From positions 537,210 through 601,209 of the forward strand of contig CAWKHF010000001.1 in NCBI GenBank assembly GCA_963849325.1: a stretch of DNA of 64,000 nt. The letters run 5' to 3'. Below, one piece after another: positions 30,371 through 40,427 of the stretch; position 1 is the stretch's first letter; each line of letters opens with the position of its first letter. A program made the translations under genes and the position numbers. The stretch comes from an uncultured Planctomycetota bacterium. GTDB lineage: Bacteria; Planctomycetota; Planctomycetia; Gemmatales; Gemmataceae. Below the pieces are notes generated by a model that saw only the letters and a list, made by a program, of their open reading frames with translations, was not told the origin of the DNA and made no database searches.

Positions 30371-30895
30371 ATGACGGTACAAGAACTGCCGATCGTCCGC
30401 CGGACGTTCGGGTTTGAGCGAACCCAATGCGGTTGTGAATATTGCAAGGCTTATTGCCGGCACCTGCCGGGCGCACTGGATCCGTCCGATCTAACACGCC
30501 TGGGCCCGGACGGCCCGAACGTCTTCGCCTGGGCGGAACACCATCTGCGCGCCTTGATCCAGCAACCGTATCCTTTGCTGGTGCCCGCCCGCAACGAACA
30601 AGGTCCTTGTCACTGGTACTTCGACGGCCAATGCGCCGTGCATGAAAACGCCCCCTATAGCTGCGCTTTTTTCGACGCCCACATGCCCGATGCCGAGGTG
30701 GGCCGGCGAGCGGCCGCGACGATCCAGGCGTGCAAGGACGATGCGGCGGCGAACGGGTTGTACCATCGCGTCTGGCTCCATCTGTGGCGGAGGGGGTTGG
30801 TCGGCCAACCGGGAGACCGGGAGGCGCTGCTCGCCGAGGTCCGCAAGAGGAGCCGCAGGGCCGAGGGTCGTTTGCGGAGAATGCGACAGGGATGA
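30371..30895 (+). CDS. YkgJ-like cysteine-cluster (Zn/Fe-chelating) protein
   Basis: CGCEYCKAYC, CHWY.DGQCAVHENAPYSCAFF. Confidence 0.75.
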   Translation: MTVQELPIVRRTFGFERTQCGCEYCKAYCRHLPGALDPSDLTRLGPDGPNVFAWAEHHLRALIQQPYPLLVPARNEQGPCHWYFDGQCAVHENAPYSCAFFDAHMPDAEVGRRAAATIQACKDDAAANGLYHRVWLHLWRRGLVGQPGDREALLAEVRKRSRRAEGRLRRMRQG

Positions 30896-31000
30896 GCGGG
30901 CCGAGAGAACCGTGGCCCCGAAGAAGACATCGAACAAGTGGCCGCCGGGTGGATATAATCGGCGTTAGCGCGTCATTCTCGTTGCCTGGAGGAGGTAGCC

Positions 31001-31747
31001 ATGCCCATCCACGACTGGACCCGTGTCGATGCGGGATTGTTTCACGACTTTCACCAGAGTTGGATAGTCGCCCTGTGCAACTCTCTTAACACGGGCCACC
31101 TGCCGTCGAACTACTTCGCCCTCGTGGAGCAAAGAATCCGGGGGCCGATCCCGGACGTCTTGACCTTGCAGCTGCCGCCGGGGTCACAAGGGCCGAGCAA
31201 CGGCAGCGTTGGCCTGGCGGTGGCGACGGCGCCGCCCCGAACACGCCTGGTCCGGCGGAGTGAAGCGGAAATCTATGCCGGCAAGGCCGATCGCATCACC
31301 GTCCGGCATCGACACGGCGATGTCGTCGCCATCATCGAGATCGTCTCGCCGGGCAACAAGGCCAGCCGCGCCGAGATGCGCGCGTTTGTGGAGAAGGCGG
31401 CGAAGCTGATCCAGCAGGGCGTTCATCTGCTGGTGATCGACCTCTTTCCACCGGGCCGCCATGATGGGGGCGGCATCCACAAGGCCATCTGGGACGAATT
31501 TGAGGATGAGGATTTCGAGTTCCCACCGGGCAAGTCGCTCATCCTGGCGGCCTACGACGCGGGGCCGGAATACGTGGCCTACGTCGAACCGGTCGCGGTC
31601 GGCGATGTCCTGCCCGACATGCCGTTGTTTTTACGACCGGATTTCTACGTCCCGACTCCTCTGGAATCGACCTATCAGCAGACGTGGAGCGGTTTCCCTG
31701 CCGCCCTGAAACGATTGCTGGAGGGACCGGCCGCATCGCCCCCGTGA
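31001..31747 (+). CDS. DUF4058-family protein
   Basis: MPIHDWTRV..G.FHDFH..W, PDV, IEIVSPGNK, HLLVIDL, LPDMPLFL. Confidence 0.85.
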   Translation: MPIHDWTRVDAGLFHDFHQSWIVALCNSLNTGHLPSNYFALVEQRIRGPIPDVLTLQLPPGSQGPSNGSVGLAVATAPPRTRLVRRSEAEIYAGKADRITVRHRHGDVVAIIEIVSPGNKASRAEMRAFVEKAAKLIQQGVHLLVIDLFPPGRHDGGGIHKAIWDEFEDEDFEFPPGKSLILAAYDAGPEYVAYVEPVAVGDVLPDMPLFLRPDFYVPTPLESTYQQTWSGFPAALKRLLEGPAASPP

Positions 31748-31810
31748 GCGTGAATGTTGAAACGCTCGCCGCGATGGCTACCATCCCGCCGACTCCCCGG
31801 AGACCGCCGC

Positions 31811-34800
31811 ATGACACGTTTGACCCTGGCCGGTGTTGCCCTGTCCGTCATCCTCCTCGCCGCCGTAACCGCCGCAGCCGACCCGGAAGTCCGCAAGACA
31901 CACCAGGTCGAGCTGAACGGCCACACCTTTACGCTGCCGGCCGACTTCGACATCGAGCTGGCCGCCGGGCCGCCGTTGATCGATCGACCCATCGTCGCCG
32001 ACTTGGATGACGAGGGACGACTCTACGTCGCCGATTCGTCCGGCTCCAACGAGCCGACGGCCGTGCAGGTCGTCAAGAGGCCGCACCGCATCGTCCGCCT
32101 GGAGGACGCCGACGGCGATGGCCGCTTCGACCGCCGCACCGTCTTCGCCGACAAGATGATGTTCCCCGAGGGGTGTATGTGGCTGGCGGGATCGCTGTAC
32201 GTGGCGGCGCCGCCGTCGATCTGGAAGCTGACCGACGCCGACGGCGACGGCGTGGCCGAGCGGCGCAGCGAGTGGTTCCAGGGCAAGACGCTCACCGGCT
32301 GCGCCAACGACCTGCATGGACCCTACCTTGGACCGGACGGCTGGGTCTACTGGTGCAAGGGGGCATTCGCCAAACAGACCTACGAGCGGCCCCCCTCACC
32401 CCAACCCTCTCCCCCCTCCGGGGGGAGAGGGAGTAAGGGTGAGGGGGGCAAGCCGCCGTTGGTGACACGGGCATCGCACATCTTCCGTTGCCGTCCTGAT
32501 GGCTCGGGCATCGAGCCGGTGATGACCGGCGGCATGGACAATCCGGTCGATGTCGTTTTCACGCCCGGCGGCGAGCGCATCTTCACCACGACGTTCTTCC
32601 AGCATCCCGGCGGCGGCCGCCGCGATGGACTCATCCACGCCGTTTACGGCGGCATCTACGGCAAGGACCACGACGTCATCCACGATCCCGTCCACAAGTG
32701 GACCAGTCCCGCACTCATGCCCGTGTTGACGCATCTCGGCGCCGCGGCGCCGTGCGGCTTGACCCGCTATGAATCGCGCGTCTTCGGCGCCGACTACCAG
32801 GACAACCTGTTCGCCTGCCTGTTCAACATGCACAAGGTAACGCGGCACGTCCTCATCCCCGACGGCGCCACCTTCCGCACGCGCGACGAGGACTTTCTGG
32901 TCTCCAGCAATCTCGACTTCCATCCGACCGACGTACACGAGGACGCCGACGGCAGCCTGTTGGTGATCGACACGGGCGGCTGGTACAAGCTATGCTGCCC
33001 GACCTCGCAGCTGCACAAGCCGGACGTTCTGGGGGCGATTTATCGCATTCGCCGCAAGGGAGCGCCTCGCCTCAACGACCCGCGCGGCCGCAAGCTGGCG
33101 TGGGCGAAGATGTCGCCCGCCGAGCTGGCGGGGTTGCTCGGCGACGCGCGGCCGGCCGTGCGGCGGCGCGCCGTGGAGACACTGGGGCGAAATGGGGCGG
33201 AGGCGGTGCCGGCCTTGGCGGACGTGATTCGTTCGGGGAAATCGGCCGAGGCGCGGCGCAATGCCGTGTGGGCGGCGACGCGCATCAACGATGCCGCCGC
33301 TCGCGCCGCGGTGCGGCGAGCGCTGACTGATGCCGACGAGACCACCCGGCAGGCAGCGATTCATTCGATCAGTGTTCGCCGCGACCGTGAGGCCGTGCCG
33401 TCGCTGCGCAAGCTGCTGGAAACCACCTCGCCGCACAACCGCCGTGCCGCCGCCGAAGCGCTCGGCCGCCTCGGCGACAAGTCCGCCGTGCCGGATCTGC
33501 TCGATGTGTTCGCCGGGGCGGACGATCGCGCTCTGGAGCATTCGTTGATATTCGCCCTCATCGAAATCGCCGATGCCGAAGCGACCTGGGGCGGATTGAA
33601 CGACACGACCGCCCGCGTTCACCGAGCGACCCTCGTCGCCCTCGATCAGATGGAGGGCGGCGGACTGAGGGCGGAGACGGTCGCCGACAAACTCGCCTCG
33701 ACCGATGCGGCGTTGAAGGAAACCGCCTGGTGGATCGCCGGCCGTCATCCGGAATGGGCCGAAACCATGACGGGGTTCCTGCGCGATCGACTGTTTACCG
33801 CGGAGAGTCTGTCCCCGGCCGCGCGCGACGAGTTGGTGCAGCACTTGACGCGCTTCGCCGCGGCACGCCCATCCAGCAGTTGCTCGCCGAGCGTCTGCGC
33901 GATCGCTCCGCCGGCGGCAACGTCCGCCGCGTCGCCCTGCGCGCCATGGCCGCGTCGAACCTGAAAGAAGCGCCGGCAATCTGGATCACCACCCTGGCGG
34001 ATGTCCTCGCCGAGGATAACGCCGAGTTGCGAGCCGAGGCGATCGCCACCGCCAGAGCCTTGCGTGTTCCGTCGAAAGGTGCCGCCAAGCTCAATGCGGC
34101 CCTGCTCCGGATTGGGGAGGACGTCCAGACCGAGGACAAGGCGCGAGTCGCCGCCCTCGCTGCCGTACACGGCGGGCTGACGAAGGTTGATCCGTCGCTG
34201 TTCGTCTTCCTGCGTTCGCACCTGGATTCGGCGCAGTCGGTCGCCGTCCGCACGGCGGCGGCCGAGGTGCTGGCGCGGGCCAGGCTGGACGCGGGGCAGC
34301 TCACGGCCCTGGCCGAAACGCTGAAAACGGTCGGGCCGCTGGAGGTGAACCGTCTGCTGGACGCCTTCGTGCAATCGACCGACGACAAGGTAGGCCGCAG
34401 CCTCATCGCCGCCTTGCAGACGTCATCGTCCCGCTCGGGCCTGCGCGCCGAGACGCTCCGGCCGCGCCTGGCGAAGTACGGACCCAACGTCCAGCGTCCG
34501 GCCGAAGAGCTGTACGCGGCCCTGGACGTGGACACGGCCAAGCAGAAGGGACGATTGGAGCAGCTGCTGTCTTCGCTCAAGGACGGCGACGTGCGCCGCG
34601 GTCAGGCCGTGTTCAACGGCAGCAAGGCGGCGTGCTCGTCGTGTCACGCCATCGGCTACCTCGGCGGCAAGGTCGGACCCGACCTGACGCACATCGGCAA
34701 GGTCCGCAACGAGCGCGACCTGCTGGAGTCGATCGTCTTCCCCAGCGCCAGTTTCGTGCGCAGTTATGAGCCGGTGCAGGTGACGACCAAATCCGGCAAG

Positions 34801-35001
34801 GTGTACAACGGCCTGGTGCGCACGGACGCGGCGGACGAGGTTGTGTTGGTGACGGGGGCCAACCAGGAGACGCGCATCGCCCGCGACGACATCGATGATA
34901 TGCAGCCCAGCAAGGTGTCGGTGATGCCGGCGGGACTCGATCAACAGTTGACGCCGCGCGAGTTGGCCGATTTGGTGGCGTTCCTGAAAGCGTGTCGGTG
35001 A
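31811..35001 (+). CDS. PVC-type membrane-bound dehydrogenase-like protein with HEAT repeats and C-terminal cytochrome c (frameshift near 33865)
   Basis: Signal peptide, LEDADGDGRFD propeller, HEAT-like repeats, CSSCH, GPDLT, SVMPAGL. Confidence 0.9.
32389..32449. repeat. Palindromic element inserted in frame within the CDS
   Basis: gccccccTCACCccaaccctctccccc...gggggagagggagtaagGGTGAggggggc, encoding PPSPQPSPPSGGRGSKGEGG. Confidence 0.85.
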
Positions 35002-35022
35002 TAGGGAATCGAAGGTCGTGTC

Positions 35023-35367
35023 ATGGATTACTATCGTCTTGGGCTGGGGAGCGCTTCCTCGCTCATCCAATCGGTCCACGTCGCTGACTGGGGAGCCAGC
35101 GTGCTGGTGGACTGCATCTACGACCCGCTGGGCGAACGCCGGGCGTATCAGCTGTCGTTCCGGGGTTGTTCGCAACTGCGGATCGATATGATCCCTGACG
35201 CGCCCATCCAGGAACCGCAGGCGGATCTGCTCGGCATCCGCCTCGGACAAGAGGGCGGTCGCCAACCAGCAGTCCTGACCACGGATTTATTCGAGATGCA
35301 CATCACGTATCAGCAGTTTCAGTGCATCAAGCCAGGGCAAACCGTGGGGGTTGCCCGACGGGGTTGA
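35023..35367 (+). CDS. Hypothetical protein
   Basis: 114-aa ORF with balanced composition, co-oriented with neighbours. Confidence 0.6.
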   Translation: MDYYRLGLGSASSLIQSVHVADWGASVLVDCIYDPLGERRAYQLSFRGCSQLRIDMIPDAPIQEPQADLLGIRLGQEGGRQPAVLTTDLFEMHITYQQFQCIKPGQTVGVARRG

Positions 35368-35422
35368 CCAGGCATTGCCACGAACTGAGCCGACCCGTCG
35401 GCTATGGGGCCGAGGAGCAGCC

Positions 35423-35665
35423 ATGATCGACCTGCCTTATTCCTTGGTCATTGAGGCCACACAAGAGCCGGATTTCTTCGGCTTCTATTCCGAGGAGTTG
35501 GAGGGTTTCGCGGGAGTCGGTCACTCGGTCGAAGACTGCCTCTACCAGGCGAAGTGGGCCATGAAGGAGCACATGGAATTGCTGGCAGAGCGAGGTCTGC
35601 CGGTCCCGCCGCGCAACCCCGACCCGGTTGTCACGATCCGTAACGAGCACGAGGAAGCGGCCTAA
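35423..35665 (+). CDS. HicB-like antitoxin domain protein
   Basis: RBS GAGGAG; YSLVIEAT...ELEGFAGVGHSVEDC...ERGLPVP. Confidence 0.75.
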   Translation: MIDLPYSLVIEATQEPDFFGFYSEELEGFAGVGHSVEDCLYQAKWAMKEHMELLAERGLPVPPRNPDPVVTIRNEHEEAA

Positions 35666-35685
35666 CTATTTCCGGAGAAATCTTC

Positions 35686-36630
35686 ATGACACAGGAATGG
35701 ACGCGGCGCGGCTGGTTGACGGCAACCACGGCGGCGGCCGGCGCTGGTTTATCGCTGGAGCCATCCGCGATCGCGGAGCAAAGCAAGCCGGACGAGACGT
35801 TCCGTTACGGCCTGAACACGGCCACGCTCATGGGCCAGAAGCTGTCGATCGTCGAGGAGGTCGAGATCGCCAGTCGCGCCGGCTATCAAGCCCTCGAACC
35901 GTGGGTGCGCGAGCTGGATTCCTACGTCAAGAGCGGCGGCAGTTTGAAGGATCTCGGCAAGCGCATCGCCGACCGCGGCCTCCGCGTCGAGAGCGCCATC
36001 GACTTCCCCGAGTGGATCGTGGACGACGACGCCCGCCGCAAGAAGGGTCTGGAGAACGCCCGTCGCGGCATGGACATGGTGAAGCAGATCGGCGGTACAC
36101 GGATCGCCGCGCCTCCCGCCGGCGCGACCGATCGGGCCAACATCCCGCTGCTGACCGTGGCCCAGCGCTATCAGGCGCTGCTCGACATCGGCACGCCAAT
36201 CGGCGTCGTCCCGCAGGTCGAGGTGTGGGGGCACTCGAAGTTGCTCGGCCGGCTGGGCGAGGCGGCGCTCGTCGCCGTCGAGAGCGGCCACAAAGACGCC
36301 TGCATCCTGCCGGACGTTTATCATCTCTACAAGGGCGGCTCCGGCTATTCGGGTTTCCATCTGCTCGCTCCATCGGCCGTACACGTCCTGCACATGAACG
36401 ACTATCCCGCCGATCCGCCGCGCGCCGCCATCACCGACGCGCACCGCGTCTATCCCGGCGAAGGCGTCGCGCCGCTGAAAACACTGCTGCGCGACCTGCG
36501 CCGCAGCGGCTTTCGCGTCGTGCTGTCGCTGGAGCTGTTCAACCGCGAATACTGGAAGCGCGACGCCCTGACCGTCGCCCGTACCGGCCTGGAGAAGATG
36601 CGCGCCGTCGTGGCGAGCAGCCTGGGATAG
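35686..36630 (+). CDS. Tat-exported sugar phosphate isomerase/epimerase (xylose isomerase-like TIM barrel)
   Basis: TRRGWL twin-arginine signal; EVWG, DVYH, HMND, SLELFN. Confidence 0.9.
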   Translation: MTQEWTRRGWLTATTAAAGAGLSLEPSAIAEQSKPDETFRYGLNTATLMGQKLSIVEEVEIASRAGYQALEPWVRELDSYVKSGGSLKDLGKRIADRGLRVESAIDFPEWIVDDDARRKKGLENARRGMDMVKQIGGTRIAAPPAGATDRANIPLLTVAQRYQALLDIGTPIGVVPQVEVWGHSKLLGRLGEAALVAVESGHKDACILPDVYHLYKGGSGYSGFHLLAPSAVHVLHMNDYPADPPRAAITDAHRVYPGEGVAPLKTLLRDLRRSGFRVVLSLELFNREYWKRDALTVARTGLEKMRAVVASSLG

Positions 36631-36631
36631 T

Positions 36632-37642
36632 TCATGCCTCGCGCCATTCTTCGGGCGTCACCAGGTTGAGCAGCGGCCGGCCGGCCAGATAGCGCTCGAC
36701 GTTCTGTGCGAACAGGTCCGCCATGCGTCCGGGAAAGGCCCGGCTGTGATCGGCGCCGGAGACGTGCGGCGTCAGGATCACGTTGGGCATGCGCCACAGC
36801 GGATGCTGTGGCGGCAGCGGGTAGGCGAAGTGCGTGTCGAGGGCGGCCCCGGCGATCCAGCCCTCGCGCAGGGCCGTCAGAAGCGCCGCCTCGTGAACGA
36901 TCGGACCCCGAGCCGGGTTCAGCAGGAACGCCGTCTCGGGCAGCGCTTGCAGCTCGCGGGCGCCGATCCGGCCCGTGGTCCGCTGCGTGTGCGGCAGGGC
37001 GAGGACGAGGAAATCCAGGCCGGCGAGAAAGTCCAGTTCCTGACCCGGCGTGAAGAAGCGGTCGGGCAGAACGCCCTCCGGGTCGCCGCTGCCGGGCAGC
37101 GTGTAGGCGTCGTGGCGCGGGCCGCCGCCCGAACGCGACATCGCATACACGGTCAGGCCGAACGCCTTCGCCAGACGCGCCGTCTCGCGGCCGATGCCGC
37201 CATAGCCCCACAGGCCAACCACCCGGCCGCGCACCTCCTGCTGAAAGCGCGCGTCCCGGTCCCAGACAGCGCGGTCCTGATTGTGCATCAGGCCGCGTAG
37301 GTCGCGCGTCAGGTTAATCATCATCGCCAGGTTCCACTCGGCGATGGCCGTGTCGAACAGGCCGCGCGCGTTGCAGACACGCACGCGGCGGTCGGCCAAC
37401 CCCAGATGGCGCAGGTGCTCGTAACCGACGGTGGCCAGTTGCATCAACTCCAGGTCGGTCAGATCCTCGAAGTTTTTCGGCGGCCTCTTGCACAGCAGCA
37501 CATGCGCGCCGCGCAGCAGATCGGCGGCGACCGGCTCGTCGGCGGCGCGAGGCGGCAGCGCTTCCACCGTCACGCCGGGCAGTTCGCGCAAGCGCCGAAG
37601 GCCGGCTTCGTCGAGGGCGAGGTCGAGGAGGATTTTCTTCAT
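36632..37642 (-). CDS. D-2-hydroxyacid dehydrogenase
   Basis: GYGGIGRE, LLNPARG, AALD, ILTPHVSG. Confidence 0.92.
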   Translation of the reverse strand: MKKILLDLALDEAGLRRLRELPGVTVEALPPRAADEPVAADLLRGAHVLLCKRPPKNFEDLTDLELMQLATVGYEHLRHLGLADRRVRVCNARGLFDTAIAEWNLAMMINLTRDLRGLMHNQDRAVWDRDARFQQEVRGRVVGLWGYGGIGRETARLAKAFGLTVYAMSRSGGGPRHDAYTLPGSGDPEGVLPDRFFTPGQELDFLAGLDFLVLALPHTQRTTGRIGARELQALPETAFLLNPARGPIVHEAALLTALREGWIAGAALDTHFAYPLPPQHPLWRMPNVILTPHVSGADHSRAFPGRMADLFAQNVERYLAGRPLLNLVTPEEWREA

Positions 37643-37750
37643 CGCACGTCGGTCATTGGTCCAGGGGATCGAAAAATATATTCTACGTTTAGCAGCGGCA
37701 CCGATTCGACAACCTACCTGGACCGGCCCACCACCCCGAGAGTACCCCCC

Positions 37751-39000
37751 ATGATACGACAAGCGTTTGCCGTAATGGCCCTGCTCGTTCCGTGTCTCTG
37801 CGCCGCGATCCGCGCCGACGACTGGCCCGAGTTCCGCGGGCCGACCGGACAGGGACTTGTCCCCAAGGGCGATCTGCCCCTCTCCTGGGGCAAGGACAAG
37901 AACGTCGCATGGAAGCAGACCATCCCCGGCCGAGGATGGTCTTCGCCGGTCGTGGTCGGAGGACGAGTTTACCTGACGACGAGCGTGCCGGCCCGCGACG
38001 GCAGCGATCAGCTGCTCGAAGCCATCTGTCTGAATGCGGACAAGGGCGAGGTGCTTTGGGAGAAAGAAGTCTTCCGCCAGGACGGCAAGAAATCGCCGCG
38101 CATCCACGCCAAGAACAGCCACGCCAGTCCGACGCCGATCGTGCGCGGCGATCGGCTGTTCGTCCACTTCGGCCACCAGGGGACCGCCTGCCTCGACCTG
38201 CAAGGCAAGGTGCTGTGGCGCAACACCAGCCTCCGCTACGCGCCGGTACACGGCAACGGCGGTTCGCCGATCCTCGTCGGCGACGCGCTGGTCTTCAGCT
38301 GCGACGGCGGCGACAAGCGTTTTGTCGCGGCGCTGAACGTCGCCGACGGCAAGGTACTCTGGAAGACCGAACGCACCGGCGAGGCGGCCAAAAAGTTCTC
38401 CTTCAGCACGCCGCTGTTGATCGAGGTCAAGGGACACAAGCAGATCATCAGTCCGGGCAGCAACGTCGTCTGCGCCTACGACCCGGCGGACGGCCGTGAA
38501 ATCTGGCGCGTGCGCTACGACGGTTATTCGGTCATCCCGCGTCCGGTGTACGGTCACGGACTGCTGTTCATCAGCACCGGCTACGACCGGCCGAGCCTGC
38601 TGGCGATCCGCGCCGACGGCAACGGCGATGTCACCGATACGCACGTCGTCTGGAGGACGAACAAGGCGGTGCCGCACGCGCCGTCGCCGCTGCTGGTCGG
38701 CGACGAGCTGTACCTGGTGTCGGACAACGGCCAGGCCAGCTGCCGCGATGCCCGGACGGGCCGGATATACTGGCAGGAACGGATCGGCGGCAGTTACTCG
38801 GCGTCGCCCCTGTTCGCCGGCGGCAAGCTATACTTCCAGAGCGAACAGGGCAGCGGCGTCGTCCTCCAGGCGGGCAAGGAGTTCAAGCCTGCTGGCGCAG
38901 AATGAGCTCGACGAGCGTTCGCTGGCCTCGCCGGCCGCCGCCGACGGCGCCCTGTTCCTCCGCACGGAGCAAGCACCTGTATCGCATCGGCGCCCGCTGA
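37751..39000 (+). CDS. Secreted PQQ-like beta-propeller (BamB-like) protein (frameshifts near the 3' end)
   Basis: Signal peptide, DWPEFRGPTGQG, repeated SP/W motifs, ASPAAADGALFLRT. Confidence 0.88.
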
Positions 39001-39018
39001 GCGGAGAGAGCCACCCTC

Positions 39019-39873
39019 ATGAGCAACGCCATCCTGCGCGTCCGCTGTCCCGACCGGACCGGCATCATCGCCGCCCTGTCGGATTTCGTGTTCCGCCACG
39101 GCGGCAACATCCTCGACCTGGATCAGCACACCGAGCCGGAGAGCGGACGTTTCTTCATGCGGCTGGTGTTGGTCGGCGGACGACTTCAACCTCGACGCCG
39201 AGGGCATTCGCCTGGCGCTGGAGGTGCTGGCCCGCGGTTTCGGCCTGCACTGGGAGCTGAACTTCGACGACGAGCCGCGATCGCGTCGCCATCTTTTGCA
39301 GCAAACAGCCGCACTGCCTGTACGATCTGCTGCTGCGGCAGCGCCTGGGCGAGCTGGCCGGCGACATCGTGCTGGTCGTCTCCAATCACGCCGACGCCCG
39401 GCCGGCCGCCGAGTATTTCGGCCTGCCGTTCGTCGTCGTGCCGGTGACGCCCGAGACGAAGGAACAGGCCGAAGCGCGCGCAGCAGGCGCTGCTGCAGGA
39501 GCACCGCATCGACCTGGTGGTGCTGGCGCGGTACATGCAAATCCTGTCGCCGGCGTTCGTCGAGCGCTGGACGGGACGGGTCATCAACATCCATCACTCG
39601 TTCCTGCCGGCCTTCGCCGGAGCCCGGCCCTACCACCAGGCCCAGGCGCGCGGCGTCAAGCTGATCGGAGCGACGGCCCACTACGCCACGGCCGACCTCG
39701 ACGAGGGGCCGATCATCGAGCAGGACGTGACGCGCGTGACGCACCGCGATACCGTGGACGACATGGTGCGCAAGGGGCGCGACCTGGAGCGGCAGGTGCT
39801 GGCGCGGGCGGTGCGCCTGCACCTGGATCGCCGCGTCCTGGTCGAAGGCAATCGCACCATCGTTTTCGGCTGA
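39019..39873 (+). CDS. purU: Formyltetrahydrofolate deformylase (several apparent frameshifts)
   Basis: [51 protein letters not shown]. Confidence 0.93.
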
Positions 39874-39960
39874 ACCGCGCGCCGGCGCGGCGCTTGCCCT
39901 CGGCCCGCCGGACGGTTACAGTGCGGCTAGCACCTCCCCACGGGGACAAAGGAGCCGGCC

Positions 39961-40338
39961 ATGTCACTGGGCCTTTACGAGCACTTGCTGGAAGTTCAGC
40001 ACCTCGAGCAAACGACCATCGTTCGCTTCAAGCGGCGCACCATCCTCGATAACTCGGCCATCGAGGCGATCGGCGATGCCCTGCTCCGCCTGGCCGCCGA
40101 AGAGGGCCGGCGTGTGTTCGTGGTCAATTTCGCCGGCGTCGAGAGCCTGACTAGCGGCATGCTCGGCAAGTTCGCGGCCCTGCACCACACGTTGACCGAG
40201 GCCGGCGGGCGCCTGGCGTTCTGCTCGGTGGACCCGTTCCTGATGGAGATTTTCAAGGTCATACACATGCCGCAGCTCATCCCCATCCACGCCGATGAAT
40301 CGCAAGCCATACAGGCCCTCTCCGCCGAGCCGTCATGA
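39961..40338 (+). CDS. STAS-domain anti-sigma-factor antagonist
   Basis: VVNFAGVESLTSGMLG with the phosphorylatable Ser position; GGRLAFC. Confidence 0.85.
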   Translation: MSLGLYEHLLEVQHLEQTTIVRFKRRTILDNSAIEAIGDALLRLAAEEGRRVFVVNFAGVESLTSGMLGKFAALHHTLTEAGGRLAFCSVDPFLMEIFKVIHMPQLIPIHADESQAIQALSAEPS

Positions 40339-40352
40339 ACCGAACCTTGCAA

Positions 40353-40406
40353 GTTTAGCCGCGACGCGCAGCGGAGTGCGCGTTCCGCTGCGCGTCGCGG
40401 CTAAAC
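40353..40406. repeat. Family A REPIN-like palindrome
   Basis: gtttagccgcgacgcgcagcgga...tccgctgcgcgtcgcggctaaac between convergent genes. Confidence 0.9.
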
Positions 40407-40427
40407 GAAGTTATGGTCGGACGAGTC

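Noticed and set aside
29241-30895. Gly/Met protein as a RiPP precursor modified by the neighbouring Cys-cluster protein
   Set aside because: The genes are divergent, the neighbour lacks a radical-SAM CxxxCxxC domain, and no peptidase or transporter is adjacent.
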